Shown here: piece after piece, positions 1-10,102 of the stretch
Numbering within the stretch: position 1 is the first letter of the stretch
Layout of the letters: each line of letters begins with the position of its first letter
Assembly (NCBI GenBank): GCA_963779755.1
Contig: CAVZZO010000003.1
Location: forward strand, 1,184,001-1,248,000
Direction: 5' to 3'
Origin: an uncultured Gemmatimonadales bacterium
GTDB lineage: Bacteria > Gemmatimonadota > Gemmatimonadetes > Gemmatimonadales > GWC2-71-9
DNA length: 64,000 bases
Position numbers and translations under genes: made by a program
Notes under the pieces: model-generated
What the model saw: only the letters and a program-made list of their open reading frames with translations
Told to the model about the DNA's origin: nothing
Databases searched by the model: none

Positions 1-6
1 CCGGAA

Positions 7-111
7 GGAATCAGGCATCAGGAATCAGGAATCAGGAATCAGGAATCAGGAATCAGGCATCAGGAATCAGGAATCAGGAATCAGGCATCAGGCATCAGGA
101 ATCAGGAATCA
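7..111. repeat. Heptamer tandem array (GGAATCA/GGCATCA) x15
   Basis: 15 consecutive 7-bp units read directly from the sequence. Confidence 0.95.
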
Positions 112-147
112 GGGGTGGGCAGCAGTCATCTGCCCGGAATCCGCTCT

Positions 148-1074
148 TCACGGAGCAGCCCTGGTCCCCGATTCCCGGTTCCTGCTCCCTGTTTTCGGGT
201 CCCACGCTTCGCGCAACGCATCTCCCACCAGATTGAACCCCATGACCGCGATGCCGATGGCGATGCCGGGCGCGAAAGACACCCACGGAGCCACGCGGAG
301 CAGGTCCCGGCCGTCGGCCACCATGGCGCCCCAACTGGGGGTGGGGGGCTGCGCGCCCAGGCCGATGAACGAGAGCGCCGCTTCCGCCATGATGGCGCCG
401 GCCATGCCCAGAGTCGCCGCGACGATGACCTGGGCCCGGACATTGGGCAGGAGATGGCGCCAGAGAATCCGCCGGTCTCGCGCCCCCAGGGCGCGGGCCG
501 CGCTGACATATTCCGCCTCGCGCAGCACCAGCACCTGGCCCCGGACCAGCCGGGCCATGCCGGCCCAGCCCACCACCCCGATGATGACGAAGACGACGGG
601 AAGCGACGGGCGGACGGCCGCCGCCACGGCGATGAGCAGCAGCAGCGTGGGGAAGGCGAGCGTCACATCGGCCAGGCGCATGATGACGCTCTCCACCCAG
701 CGGCCGTAGTAACCCGCCACCAGGCCGAGCGTCACCCCGGCGGTAACGGCCACGGTCTGGGAAATGAGCCCCACGGCCAGCGATATTCTGGCACCGAAGA
801 GCACCCGGCTCAGGACATCGCGCCCCTGGCTGTCCGTGCCCAGCAGATAAGGCCAGCCGGGTGGCCTGAGATATGCATTCTTGAGATCGCCGGCCAGCGG
901 ATCATGGGGGGCCAGCCAGGGCGCCAGCAGCGCCGCCAGCACCACCACCAGGACCAGGATTCCCCCTGTCAGGAAGAGCCGGTCCCGGCCGAAGATGCGG
1001 AACAGAGCGCGGGCGCCGCGGGCCGCCCGGAAGATGCCGGGCTGTCCTCCGTCTGGGGCAGCGGGGGGATTCAC
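148..1074 (-). CDS. Peptide/nickel ABC transporter permease (DppC/OppC-like)
   Basis: LLGTDSQGRDVLSRVLFGARISL, EYVSAARALGA (EAA loop), LSFIGLGAQPPTPSWG; GTG start at 1074 chosen because the longer ORF overlaps the divergent patatin gene. Confidence 0.9.
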   Translation of the reverse strand: MNPPAAPDGGQPGIFRAARGARALFRIFGRDRLFLTGGILVLVVVLAALLAPWLAPHDPLAGDLKNAYLRPPGWPYLLGTDSQGRDVLSRVLFGARISLAVGLISQTVAVTAGVTLGLVAGYYGRWVESVIMRLADVTLAFPTLLLLIAVAAAVRPSLPVVFVIIGVVGWAGMARLVRGQVLVLREAEYVSAARALGARDRRILWRHLLPNVRAQVIVAATLGMAGAIMAEAALSFIGLGAQPPTPSWGAMVADGRDLLRVAPWVSFAPGIAIGIAVMGFNLVGDALREAWDPKTGSRNRESGTRAAP

Positions 1075-1159
1075 AACGACACGCCCCGGGTGAGGGGCGG
1101 CACTGGATGGCGCGTCATCGCGGGGTACATTACCCACGTCCCGCAGGGGAGAGCAAGCA

Positions 1160-2221
1160 GTGAAGCTCGATCGTCCGTTTACGCTGGTGCTTGGCGGGGG
1201 AGGCATGAAAGGCCTTGCCCATATCGGCGTGCTGCGCGGTCTGGCCGAGCGCGGCCTCTTCCCCTCCGCCATCCTGGGTACCAGCATGGGGGCCATGATC
1301 GGCGCCACCTGGGCGGCCGGCATGACCATCGACGAGATGGCCGCCCGGGCCCGCCGGCTGCGCCGCCGCGACATCTTCCAGATCGCCCACACCGACATGG
1401 CCTTCCGCCGCATGCGCGCGCCCGCCGTCTACCGCCGGGAGCCGCTGGACCTGCTGCTGCGGGAAATGGTGGGCGAGGTCAGCTTCGACCAGTTGCGCCG
1501 GCCGCTGCTGGTCAACACGGTGGATCTCGAAGCGGGGATCCAGCGGATCTGGGGTGTACCGGGCTATCGCGACGTGTCGGTGGCGGACGCCGTCTTCGCC
1601 TCCTGCGCGCTGCCCGGCATCCTGCCGCCGCGGGAAATCCGCGGCCGCCTGCATGCCGACGGCGCCGTGGTGGACAACCTGCCGGTGCGGGCGGCGGCCC
1701 AGGCCGTGCCGGGCCCCATAGTGGCGGTGGACGTGGGTGGCGCCGCGCTGGTGCGCACCCGGGCCGAAACCGCCGGGTTCGCCGGCACCTACATCCGGGC
1801 GCTGGAGATCGTCATGCAGACGATCATCACCAGCAACCTGGCCGCGTGGACGTCGCCCGACCTCCTGCTCATCCGGCCGGCGCTGCACGACATGCCGATG
1901 TTCGCCTTCAACCGCACCGACGAGCTGCTGGAGCGCGGCTATCAGGCGGCGCTCGCCACCCTCGACCAGTTGGCGGCTACCCCCACGCTGAACGGCGGCG
2001 GGATTTATCCCAAGCGGGAGGTCCTGCTGTCGCTGGATGCAGAGCGCTGCACCGGCTGCGGGTACTGCAGCCGGGTGGCGCCACGGGTCTTCCGGCAGGC
2101 GCCGGACGGAAAAGCCGAGGTGATTGCGCCCCGGCAGGTCTGGTCGCCGGTGGACGGGTCGTATCTCTGGAACTGTCCCGCGGGCGCCATCACCGCGCGG
2201 ACCCTCACCCCGGACGACTGA
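1160..2221 (+). CDS. Patatin-like phospholipase with C-terminal ferredoxin-like (Fe-S) domain
   Basis: GGGGMKG oxyanion loop, GTSMG nucleophile, DGA motif; C-terminal CTGCGYC...CPAGAI. Confidence 0.88.
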   Translation: MKLDRPFTLVLGGGGMKGLAHIGVLRGLAERGLFPSAILGTSMGAMIGATWAAGMTIDEMAARARRLRRRDIFQIAHTDMAFRRMRAPAVYRREPLDLLLREMVGEVSFDQLRRPLLVNTVDLEAGIQRIWGVPGYRDVSVADAVFASCALPGILPPREIRGRLHADGAVVDNLPVRAAAQAVPGPIVAVDVGGAALVRTRAETAGFAGTYIRALEIVMQTIITSNLAAWTSPDLLLIRPALHDMPMFAFNRTDELLERGYQAALATLDQLAATPTLNGGGIYPKREVLLSLDAERCTGCGYCSRVAPRVFRQAPDGKAEVIAPRQVWSPVDGSYLWNCPAGAITARTLTPDD

Positions 2222-3383
2222 ACTCCTCCCCGATAGCCTGCACGTCGGCGATGACCCTGGGCCAGTTGTAGTAGGTCTCCACCGCGCGCCGCCCGCCGGC
2301 CCCCAGCCGCCGCGACAGCTCGGGCGACTCCAGCAGCGACCGGATGCCCTGCGCCACCGCCGCCGGGTCGGACGGATCGACCAGCAGCCCCGTCTCCCCT
2401 TCCCGCACCGCGTCGGGAATGCCGCCGCTCCGCCCCCCGATCACCGGTAGCCCGCAGGCCGACGCCTCCACCAGCGCCAGGCCGAAGCCTTCCACCGCCG
2501 CATCCACCTGCCGGGACACGCCCAGGTAGATCTCCGCCATGTTGTAGAGGCCGGGCAGGTCGGCGTCGGGCACGCCCGAGAGGAAACGCACCCGGTCGCC
2601 CACGCCGGCCTCGTCGGCGACCTGTTGCAGTGCGTCGCGCCGGCTCCCCGAGCCCACCACGGCGTAGCGCAGGTCGGGAAAGTCGTCGCGCAGCCGCGCC
2701 AGCGCGCGAATGCCGGTATCGATGCCTTTGTGGAGTGTGAGCCGCGCCACCGTGAGCAGCCAGCGGCCGTCGTCCAGGCCGTAGCGCGCCCGCACCACGC
2801 CGGTATCGGCTCCGGGACGGAAGTGGTCGGGATCGCTGCCCAGCGGCACCACCCGGACGTTCTCCGGCGGCACGGCGAGCCCCAGCTGGGTGGCAACCCC
2901 GAGGAACAACTCGCGGGTATAGCGGCTGATGGCCAGCACCACCGAGGCGGGCTGCAGCAGCGAGCGCGCCACCTGCCGCTTGACCCGGGACTGGTGGATC
3001 TGGTGCTGCAGCAGGAGCAGGTCGGTCCCGTAGACCATGACTCCGTAGGGGGTCCCGGTCCGCTCCCGCGCCCAGGCGGCGGGATACGCGGCCGGCTTGA
3101 AATTGCCGCACCAGACAAACCCCGGCCGGCGGGAACGGCACAGTGCCGCCACCCGCCGCGACCAGAACAGCAGCCCCTGGATGGTGCGCAGCCGCCGGGA
3201 AGGCACCCCCACCCGGTCCACCCGGTTGGGCAGCGCCGCATCGGCGTCTTCGCTGCCCGGCATTTCGCCGGTGGAGACGATCAGGCCATCGGCGGGATAG
3301 TAGCGCGCCAGCTCCGACATCCAGCGGGCCAGCCCGCCGCCGATGGGGGGGAAATCATAGGCGAGCAGAAGGTGGGGAAGCAT
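2205..3383 (-). CDS. Glycosyltransferase family 4
   Basis: DFPPIGGG N-terminus, EGFGLALVEASACGLPVIGGRSGG (EX7E) motif. Confidence 0.9.
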   Translation of the reverse strand: MLPHLLLAYDFPPIGGGLARWMSELARYYPADGLIVSTGEMPGSEDADAALPNRVDRVGVPSRRLRTIQGLLFWSRRVAALCRSRRPGFVWCGNFKPAAYPAAWARERTGTPYGVMVYGTDLLLLQHQIHQSRVKRQVARSLLQPASVVLAISRYTRELFLGVATQLGLAVPPENVRVVPLGSDPDHFRPGADTGVVRARYGLDDGRWLLTVARLTLHKGIDTGIRALARLRDDFPDLRYAVVGSGSRRDALQQVADEAGVGDRVRFLSGVPDADLPGLYNMAEIYLGVSRQVDAAVEGFGLALVEASACGLPVIGGRSGGIPDAVREGETGLLVDPSDPAAVAQGIRSLLESPELSRRLGAGGRRAVETYYNWPRVIADVQAIGEEFSRPG

Positions 3384-3407
3384 GGCCGGAATGTAAGACG
3401 ACGCGGT

Positions 3408-3451
3408 GGCAGGCCGCAGGGGCGCCGCATGCGTCCCCCCTGCGGCCTGCC
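3408..3451. repeat. REP-like inverted repeat with GCATGC centre
   Basis: Perfect 15-bp arms GGCAGGCCGCAGGGG / CCCCTGCGGCCTGCC around CGCCGCATGCGTCC. Confidence 0.8.
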
Positions 3452-4435
3452 TTACGCCTTACGCCCCGCCAGCCGCCGCCACGCTGCCTCCACCTCCTCC
3501 ACCCCCACCGTCGCGAGCGCCGCGCCTGGCGCGGCCGCGACGACTTCCCGGCGGCGGGACAGCGGCTGGTAGATGGTGAACTGGGGCTCCTCCCGCAGGT
3601 AGATCCCCAGCACCGGCACATCGAAGGCCGAGGCGATGTGCACCAGCGAAGTGTCCACCGTGAGCACGGCATCGGCGGCGGCCACGGCGGCGGCCACGCG
3701 CAGGAGATCGGTCCGGGGCAACAGCCGGAGATCGACGCCCGCCTGCGTCACCGCCTGCGCGAGCTGCCGGGCGGCGGGACGATCCTCCGGCGCCGCGTTG
3801 AGAAGAAATCTCGCCGGCCGCAGCCGCGCCAGCCGGGGGAGCAGGGCTTCCCACCGGGGCAGCGGCCAGTAGCGCGAGCGGCTGCCGGCGGAGATGTTGG
3901 CTACCACACAGAACCCGGCGTCTCCCCGCTGCGCCGCCGCCCACCCGGCCGCTTCGGCCGTCAGCCCCAGGCTCAGCCGGGGCGCCGCGGGAGCGACACC
4001 CAGCAGGGGCAGCGCCGCCAGCGACTGCACCGCATAGTGCGCCGGCGGGCCGGAGGCGGCCGGCAGTTCGCGATCGAAGGTGTTCCCTCCCCGGTTGTGG
4101 CCGATACGGGTGCGCGCCCGCACCAGCCGGGCCGCCAGAGTGCTGGTGCGGCTGGGGTGCGGCTTGGGATCGATCCAGGCATCGAAACGGCGGCGCCAGA
4201 GCCCGGCCAGCAGCGTGGCGAGACGGTCGGGGCGGCGATCCAGCACCAGGGTCCGGTCGATCGCGGGATGCGCCCGGGCCAGCGTCTCCGATCGCGGGCC
4301 GACGACGACCGTCAAGCGGCAGGAGGGCCAGGCGTCCTTCAGCGCATTGAACAGGCTGGTGGTGAGGATGAAGTCCCCGGCTCGGCCCGGCTGGAAGACG
4401 CCGGCCTCGCTGAGCGGCGGACCGGCGTCACTCAT
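3452..4435 (-). CDS. Glycosyltransferase family 9 (LPS heptosyltransferase-like)
   Basis: GRAGDFILTT, TVDTSLVHIASAFDVPVLGIY motifs. Confidence 0.88.
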   Translation of the reverse strand: MSDAGPPLSEAGVFQPGRAGDFILTTSLFNALKDAWPSCRLTVVVGPRSETLARAHPAIDRTLVLDRRPDRLATLLAGLWRRRFDAWIDPKPHPSRTSTLAARLVRARTRIGHNRGGNTFDRELPAASGPPAHYAVQSLAALPLLGVAPAAPRLSLGLTAEAAGWAAAQRGDAGFCVVANISAGSRSRYWPLPRWEALLPRLARLRPARFLLNAAPEDRPAARQLAQAVTQAGVDLRLLPRTDLLRVAAAVAAADAVLTVDTSLVHIASAFDVPVLGIYLREEPQFTIYQPLSRRREVVAAAPGAALATVGVEEVEAAWRRLAGRKA

Positions 4436-5189
4436 GCTCGTCCTGCCGCTCCAGCGCCCAGAGATGGGCGTACTTCAGGAAGGTCCCCCAGGCGCCGAGC
4501 CTGGCGCTCACCCAGCCCGCGCGCCCGTCGCGCCAGGCGCCGTCCAGCAGCCAGGCGCGCAGAAATTTCCCGGCAGGCCGGAGGGTTACGTCCCAGGCGG
4601 AGGCCCGGCGGCCCCGCTCCCGCAGATCCTGCGCGCCCCAGCGGGCGTAGCGTTCGATCTTCTCCAGTTGCTCCCGCAGATCCCGGTAGGGCACGTGCAG
4701 CAGCGGATGCCGCAACCTGCCGGTATCCGCGACCGGCTCCAGACTTTCGTGCACCCGGCGCTCCACATAGCGCCGGTCCGCGGGGAACAGCCGGATCACC
4801 CAGTCGCGGCCCCAGTGGCCGCGCCGAAGCTCCCGCCCCAGATAGAAGTTACGCCGCCGCACGGCATAGGCCTGGTGCGCGGGCCGGGTCACGACCTCGC
4901 GCAGCTCGTCGCGCAGCTCCGGTGTGATCCGCTCGTCGGCATCGAGCGCAAAGACCCAGGGCGTCGGCGCCTGGGCGATGGCGGCATTGCGCTGCGCCGC
5001 GATGGTGGGCCCGGTCGCCTCCAGGACCGCCGCCCCCGCGGCGCGCGCCTGCCCGACCGTCTCATCGCGGGACCCGCCGTCGGCCACGATCACCCGGGCC
5101 GCCCAGCCCAGCTCGCGCACCAGATCGCCGATCCGGTCGCCCTCGTTGAGGGTGGGGATCACGATGGTCAGCGGCACGGACGCGCTCAC
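4428..5189 (-). CDS. Glycosyltransferase family 2 (WaaE/KdtX-like)
   Basis: LTIVIPTLNE, VADGGSRD, LDADE, VHE motifs; GTG start overlaps upstream stop (GTGA). Confidence 0.88.
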   Translation of the reverse strand: MSASVPLTIVIPTLNEGDRIGDLVRELGWAARVIVADGGSRDETVGQARAAGAAVLEATGPTIAAQRNAAIAQAPTPWVFALDADERITPELRDELREVVTRPAHQAYAVRRRNFYLGRELRRGHWGRDWVIRLFPADRRYVERRVHESLEPVADTGRLRHPLLHVPYRDLREQLEKIERYARWGAQDLRERGRRASAWDVTLRPAGKFLRAWLLDGAWRDGRAGWVSARLGAWGTFLKYAHLWALERQDEHE

Positions 5190-6682
5190 CGGACCAGCTC
5201 CGTGCTGGAGACTTCCGGCTCCGGGCCGGCGGCCCCGTAGAGCAGCAGCTCGACCAGGGCCGCCGCATGCAGCAGGGCGAACGCCCAGGTGTGCAGCAGG
5301 TGCCGGCTGAACGCCGTCCGGATGATGAACAGCGAGCCGCGCTCCGGCATGCCGGTATACATCTGGAAGAGATAGATGCCGAACAGGGTGAGCCACCCCC
5401 CGGCCCCGATCCATCCCCAGCGGCGAACCACGCGGTCCCGCGGCCAGCGGCCGCTGCGCCAGGCCCAGAAGGCGGCGATGATCCAGGCCCAGACGAACAC
5501 CCCCCAGCCGTAGTGGGAGAGCATCGTGCCCTGGATACCGTAGAGCATGACCAGCAGGTCGTGCAGGGCCGGCGCGGGCGCCGGGATCGCCTCCAGGTGC
5601 ACCCCGTAGACGGCGGGGGCGGCGACCCGGGCGGGCCGCAGGGTCCAGACCGCCAGCGCCGCCCCGACCCCCAGCACGGGCATGTAGAGCGCCAGCCGCC
5701 GGCGGTTGCGGGCAAGCCAGAACACCACCGCCGCCGCGACCAGCACCAGGGGAGCCCCGTCGCGCTTGATCAGCGTGGCCGCCATGCCCGCTATGAACGC
5801 TCCCAGCGCCGCGACAACGGGACCGGCGAGCCGGCCGTCTTCGTCGGCCGAGAGCACGGCGCCCACCGCGATGGCCAGGAGCGCGGGGACGTCGGCATAG
5901 CTGGCGATGGCGCCCTGATAGAAGTGCACCGTGATGAACAGCCAGAGCAGCCCCCAGGGGGCCAGGCGGGGAGCGACCCGCCGCAGCATCCCGTAGAACA
6001 GCAGGCCGAAGGCGCCCACCATCAGGAAGGGCAGCAGGCGCCCCTCCAGGGTCAGGTCGGTGTGGCCCAGCCAGAGCACGACGGACTGGAGCGGCGGCCG
6101 CGCGGGATCGAGGCAATCGTAGATCCCGGTGAGTCCGTGGCGCAGGTCGAAAGCCGCGGCCCGGCAGGCCCAGGTGTCCTTCGCGTCGGTCCACGAATAG
6201 GGGAAGATCAGATGCGGCGCCTGCAGCAGCCAGAAGACGGCCGCCAGCAGGAAAGCCGGATGCCGCCACTCGGGGGCAGGGCCGGCGGCCGCACCCCGCG
6301 GAAGCGGCCGCCGCCGCAGCCAGGTGGCCGGCAGCGCCAGCGCGGCCAGCAGTACCCAGGGAAGAACGTGGCTCATGGGGCGGCCGGCCAGGCTCCACCC
6401 CATAACCCCCAGCGCCACGGTCCAGACCAGCAGGAGAAAGCGGACCGCCCAGGCGGCGGGAGGGCGCGGCCCCGCCCGCGGCAGCCACCACCAGGCGACC
6501 AGGGCCAGCGCCGCGGCCAGCGCCATGTCGGCCAGGAGTCCGGGCGAGATCACCAGGGGGCGCACCCCGGCGCTGGCGCCCTGGCGCAGCAGGATGCCGA
6601 TACGCCAGAGCGCGACGGCGAGCTGCCAGAGCGTCAGGGCACCGAAGACCGCCAGCACCGCTCGGCGCCGGCCGGTGCTCAC
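5186..6682 (-). CDS. Polytopic membrane protein, possible GT-C-type glycosyltransferase
   Basis: Many hydrophobic helices, SYADVP and IKRDG loop motifs; GTGA-coupled inside the glycan cluster. Confidence 0.65.
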   Translation of the reverse strand: MSTGRRRAVLAVFGALTLWQLAVALWRIGILLRQGASAGVRPLVISPGLLADMALAAALALVAWWWLPRAGPRPPAAWAVRFLLLVWTVALGVMGWSLAGRPMSHVLPWVLLAALALPATWLRRRPLPRGAAAGPAPEWRHPAFLLAAVFWLLQAPHLIFPYSWTDAKDTWACRAAAFDLRHGLTGIYDCLDPARPPLQSVVLWLGHTDLTLEGRLLPFLMVGAFGLLFYGMLRRVAPRLAPWGLLWLFITVHFYQGAIASYADVPALLAIAVGAVLSADEDGRLAGPVVAALGAFIAGMAATLIKRDGAPLVLVAAAVVFWLARNRRRLALYMPVLGVGAALAVWTLRPARVAAPAVYGVHLEAIPAPAPALHDLLVMLYGIQGTMLSHYGWGVFVWAWIIAAFWAWRSGRWPRDRVVRRWGWIGAGGWLTLFGIYLFQMYTGMPERGSLFIIRTAFSRHLLHTWAFALLHAAALVELLLYGAAGPEPEVSSTELVR

Positions 6683-7455
6683 TCGGGCTTCCTGGCGGTT
6701 ACCACCAGGGTGCGTCCGAAGAGCAGCGCGGGCGAGAGCAGGTGGCGGGCGATCTCGCGGTTGGCTTCGCGCTGCCGGGGATCGGGCTCGCGGGCCAGCG
6801 CCACGTGGGTCGCCAGCCAGATGCCGGGCCAGCAGGGGCTCAGCGCCAGCGCCGTGCGCCGCCAGCGGTCGGTGGTGACCTCTTCGATGCGGAACCCGGT
6901 GGTGTGCAGGATGTAGCGCAACCCGTAGTAGGTGATCAGGTGGATGTGATCGTGCACCGGGGCGCGCCGGAACTCGTTCATCGGCCGGGTGGCAAGCGGA
7001 AAGAAGCCGCTCCAGAAGTAGCGGCGCCGGCCCGCCAGATTCAGGACGTTGGGCGTAGTAATGAGCAGGCGTCCGCCCGGCTCGAGCACGCGCCAGCATT
7101 CCCGCACAAAGGCAAACTGATTTTCCAGGTGCTCGATCGACTCGAGGCAGGAGAGATACTGGAAGCTCTCGGCCGCCCAGGGCAGCGACTCGCTGAGATC
7201 CACCCGCCGCACCGGGATCCCGGGGGCATGAAAGTCCTCGGGGTAGAGATCGCACGCCTCCACCTCGAAGCCCATGCGCTGGAGCCGCTGGGCAAAGGCC
7301 CCGCTGCCCGCGGCCAGCTCCAGCACACGCCCGCGGGGCCAGCGATCGAACAGCTCCGCCGCCCGGGTGTGGGTCCGCGGGCAGGCGATGATCGGAAGCG
7401 GGGTCTCCGTTTCCTCAGACCAGCTTGTAGTTGCGGAACTCGAAGACTCGTTCAC
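6679..7455 (-). CDS. Class I SAM-dependent methyltransferase
   Basis: VLELAAGSG motif I, CLESIEHL, RVLEPGGRLLITTPN; start codon uncertain. Confidence 0.85.
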   Translation of the reverse strand: MNESSSSATTSWSEETETPLPIIACPRTHTRAAELFDRWPRGRVLELAAGSGAFAQRLQRMGFEVEACDLYPEDFHAPGIPVRRVDLSESLPWAAESFQYLSCLESIEHLENQFAFVRECWRVLEPGGRLLITTPNVLNLAGRRRYFWSGFFPLATRPMNEFRRAPVHDHIHLITYYGLRYILHTTGFRIEEVTTDRWRRTALALSPCWPGIWLATHVALAREPDPRQREANREIARHLLSPALLFGRTLVVTARKPE

Positions 7456-8281
7456 CGGTCAGCCGTTCGATGATGTTGGAGAAGTAGAACCGCAGATGCT
7501 CCGGCCGGAACCGCGGCGGCGCGATCCGCCGGGTGCCATCGGCCGTATGCCCGGCCACCCAGTCCCGGGCTACGGCGGGGTGCTCACCGGTGAACGGCGT
7601 CAGGCCGGGGAACCACTCCAGCGGCGGCAGATCGTGTTCCGCGGCGTCGGTGCCGTGGTAGATCCGGCTGTCCTCCACCCGCTTGCGGCTCTGCGCCTGG
7701 GCCCGGCGGGCCCACCCGTAATGGAACATTTCCGCGTCGGTAAGCCGGGCGCGGATTTTCCGGTGGCGCGCCCCCACCCGGAAGCCCTGCGCATCGCCAT
7801 AGGGCCGGATGTCCAGCGCGGGGTCCAGCCGGACGGCGCGCACCTCCCGCCGGTACCAGCGGCGGTTCCGGGCGATGGTGGCCACGTTTCCGTAGAAATG
7901 AAGGTAACGCACGAGCAGGCCTTCCACCCGGGGATCGCCATCCCACAACCGGACGGCCCGGGCCAGCTGCTCCGCCCCGGTCTGGTGCAGGACCTCGTCC
8001 GCCTGGATGTAGATGCCCCAGGGATGGCGGCAGGCCCGCATGGCGCGCCAGGTCTCCTCCGCCAGCATGGCCGCCCCCCGGCCGGTGTCCCACTCGGTTT
8101 CGACTATGCGGATGCGGGGATCGTCCAGCGAGCGCACCAGATCGAGCGTCTCATCTTCCGAGCGGCCTACGTTCACTACCACTTCGTCGCAGACGGGGAG
8201 CAGCGACCGGATGCTCGCCTCCAGCGGAAAATCCAGCCGGATGGCGTTGCGGACGATGGTAAACCCCGAGATCCCGCTCAT
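7415..8281 (-). CDS. Glycosyltransferase family 2
   Basis: MSGISGFTIVRNAIRLDFP, YIQADE, FHYGW motifs; ATGA overlap with upstream gene. Confidence 0.85.
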   Translation of the reverse strand: MSGISGFTIVRNAIRLDFPLEASIRSLLPVCDEVVVNVGRSEDETLDLVRSLDDPRIRIVETEWDTGRGAAMLAEETWRAMRACRHPWGIYIQADEVLHQTGAEQLARAVRLWDGDPRVEGLLVRYLHFYGNVATIARNRRWYRREVRAVRLDPALDIRPYGDAQGFRVGARHRKIRARLTDAEMFHYGWARRAQAQSRKRVEDSRIYHGTDAAEHDLPPLEWFPGLTPFTGEHPAVARDWVAGHTADGTRRIAPPRFRPEHLRFYFSNIIERLTGERVFEFRNYKLV

Positions 8282-9090
8282 GGGGACTCCACGGCGCCGG
8301 CGGGGCCGGCCAGGACCGGATAGAGTGGATCGTCGGCCCGGCAGGCCAGGTAGTTGGGGCCGAGGAAGTCCTCGTCCTCCAGGTCGTAGGGGCGGAAATC
8401 CACAAAATCGGGGAAGATCTTGCCCAGCCGGAATCCCCGCTCCTGAAAGAATCGGTAGAAGTCGGCGAGGAGAAAGTGCGTCAGGATGTTGACCCGGCCA
8501 TACTCGAACTGCACCAGCCGGATGGCGCGCCGCTCGAACGCGCCGCTCAGCCCCTCCAGCACCAGGTGCTCCGCCCCTTCGACGTCGATCTTCAGAAAAT
8601 CGACCCGCTCGAGGCCCAGCTCCGCCATGACGCAATCGCCCCGGCGCACCGGCAGCTCGGCACACCGGGCCGACGGCCGCCAGGGGTGGGGATAGTCCGT
8701 CCAGGTGGCGTGACCGCTGGCGGAGGGATGGAAATGCACGGGCAGGGTACCGTCGCGGTCGGCCAGCCCGTGGGAACGGCAGTGGATGCGCGGCGTTGCG
8801 CCGCACCGGCGGACCAGCTCGGCATGGGTATCCGGCACGATCTCGAACGCGTAGATATCCGCTTCGGGCAGCAGGCCGGCCGCCATGAGCGACCAGTCGC
8901 CCGCGTTGGCCCCGGCATCGAAGACGACTCCTATGTCGCCCGCCCCGCCGACCCGCTCCAGCACCCAGCGCTCGCCATTGCGCTCGTGGTGGTAATCCAG
9001 GTTGTGATACCACCGCAGATACCGCCGGCAGAGGCGCGCTCCCCCGTGGAACAGGGGATTCTGGCGGATCCGCCAGGAGATGCGGTTCAT
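8278..9090 (-). CDS. FkbM family methyltransferase
   Basis: FDAGANAGDWS, FLKIDVEGAEHLVLEG motifs. Confidence 0.9.
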   Translation of the reverse strand: MNRISWRIRQNPLFHGGARLCRRYLRWYHNLDYHHERNGERWVLERVGGAGDIGVVFDAGANAGDWSLMAAGLLPEADIYAFEIVPDTHAELVRRCGATPRIHCRSHGLADRDGTLPVHFHPSASGHATWTDYPHPWRPSARCAELPVRRGDCVMAELGLERVDFLKIDVEGAEHLVLEGLSGAFERRAIRLVQFEYGRVNILTHFLLADFYRFFQERGFRLGKIFPDFVDFRPYDLEDEDFLGPNYLACRADDPLYPVLAGPAGAVESP

Positions 9091-9166
9091 GCGGGGAATG
9101 TAAGCGCGGCAGGGGGATCCCATTAGTTTGCCGCCTGACCACGGCCGCCCTCCAACCCTTCCCCGC

Positions 9167-10099
9167 ATGCACATCGCTCTCTACCACCATGCGCGCCTCC
9201 CGATCCGCGGCTACGGCGGGACGGAACGAGTGGTCGTCTGGCTGGCGCGGGGGCTGGCTGCCTTGGGGCACCGGGTGACCCTGCTGGCCGCGCCGGGCTC
9301 GCGCGTGCCGGAAGCGACCCTGGTGCCGGTCGGGCCGAAGGAGAGCCGGCGGGAGGGGTTCGATCTCACCCGCTTCGTCCCCCCGGACGCCGACCTGCTG
9401 CATTCCTTCGTACCGTTCCGGGTGGCCCCCGCGGTGCCCCACCTCTGGACCCAGGAGGGCAACTTCCGGCCCGGAGCGGTGCCGCCCTCCAACACCATCT
9501 ATGTCAGCGCCAACCATGCCGAGCGCAACGGCAGCCGCGCCTTTGTCTATAACGGCATCGACCCGGCCGAATACGAGTTCCGCGCCGCCAAGAGCGACTA
9601 TGACTTCTTCCTTGGCCGGCTGCACCGGATCAAGGGCTACCAGTTGGCCATGGAGGGCGCGCGGCAGGCCGGGCGGCGCCTGGTGCTGGCGGGCGGCTGG
9701 CGGCCCAGCGTGCGCCGCGGCATCCGGTTCGTGGGCGAAGTGGATGGCGAGGCCAAGCGGCGCTGGCTGGCCGGAGCCCGCTGTCTCTGGATGCCGGCCC
9801 TGTGGGATGAGCCGTTCGGGCTGACGCTGACCGAAGCGCTGGTGAGCGGCACGCCGGTCATCGGCACCAACCGGGGCTCCCTGCCGGAGATCATCAGCCC
9901 CGAGGTGGGAGGCCGGGGTGATACCCTGGAGGCGCTGGTGGCGATCGCCCGGGAGATCGACGGGCGCGACCCCGAGGCCTGCCGCGCGCGGGTGCTACGC
10001 TATTTCACGCATCTGGTGATGGCGGAGGAGTACCTGCGGTACTACCGGGCCTACCTGCGGGATGGGGTGTTGCCGGAGGGAAGGCGGGCAGGGCCGTAG
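9167..10099 (+). CDS. Glycosyltransferase family 4
   Basis: YGGTERVV, WDEPFGLTLTEALVSGTPVIG motifs. Confidence 0.9.
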   Translation: MHIALYHHARLPIRGYGGTERVVVWLARGLAALGHRVTLLAAPGSRVPEATLVPVGPKESRREGFDLTRFVPPDADLLHSFVPFRVAPAVPHLWTQEGNFRPGAVPPSNTIYVSANHAERNGSRAFVYNGIDPAEYEFRAAKSDYDFFLGRLHRIKGYQLAMEGARQAGRRLVLAGGWRPSVRRGIRFVGEVDGEAKRRWLAGARCLWMPALWDEPFGLTLTEALVSGTPVIGTNRGSLPEIISPEVGGRGDTLEALVAIAREIDGRDPEACRARVLRYFTHLVMAEEYLRYYRAYLRDGVLPEGRRAGP

Positions 10100-10102
10100 G
10101 CG

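Noticed and set aside
7..111. Tandem arrays as CRISPR repeats
   Set aside because: Units are 7-9 bp with no unique spacers, and no cas genes are present.
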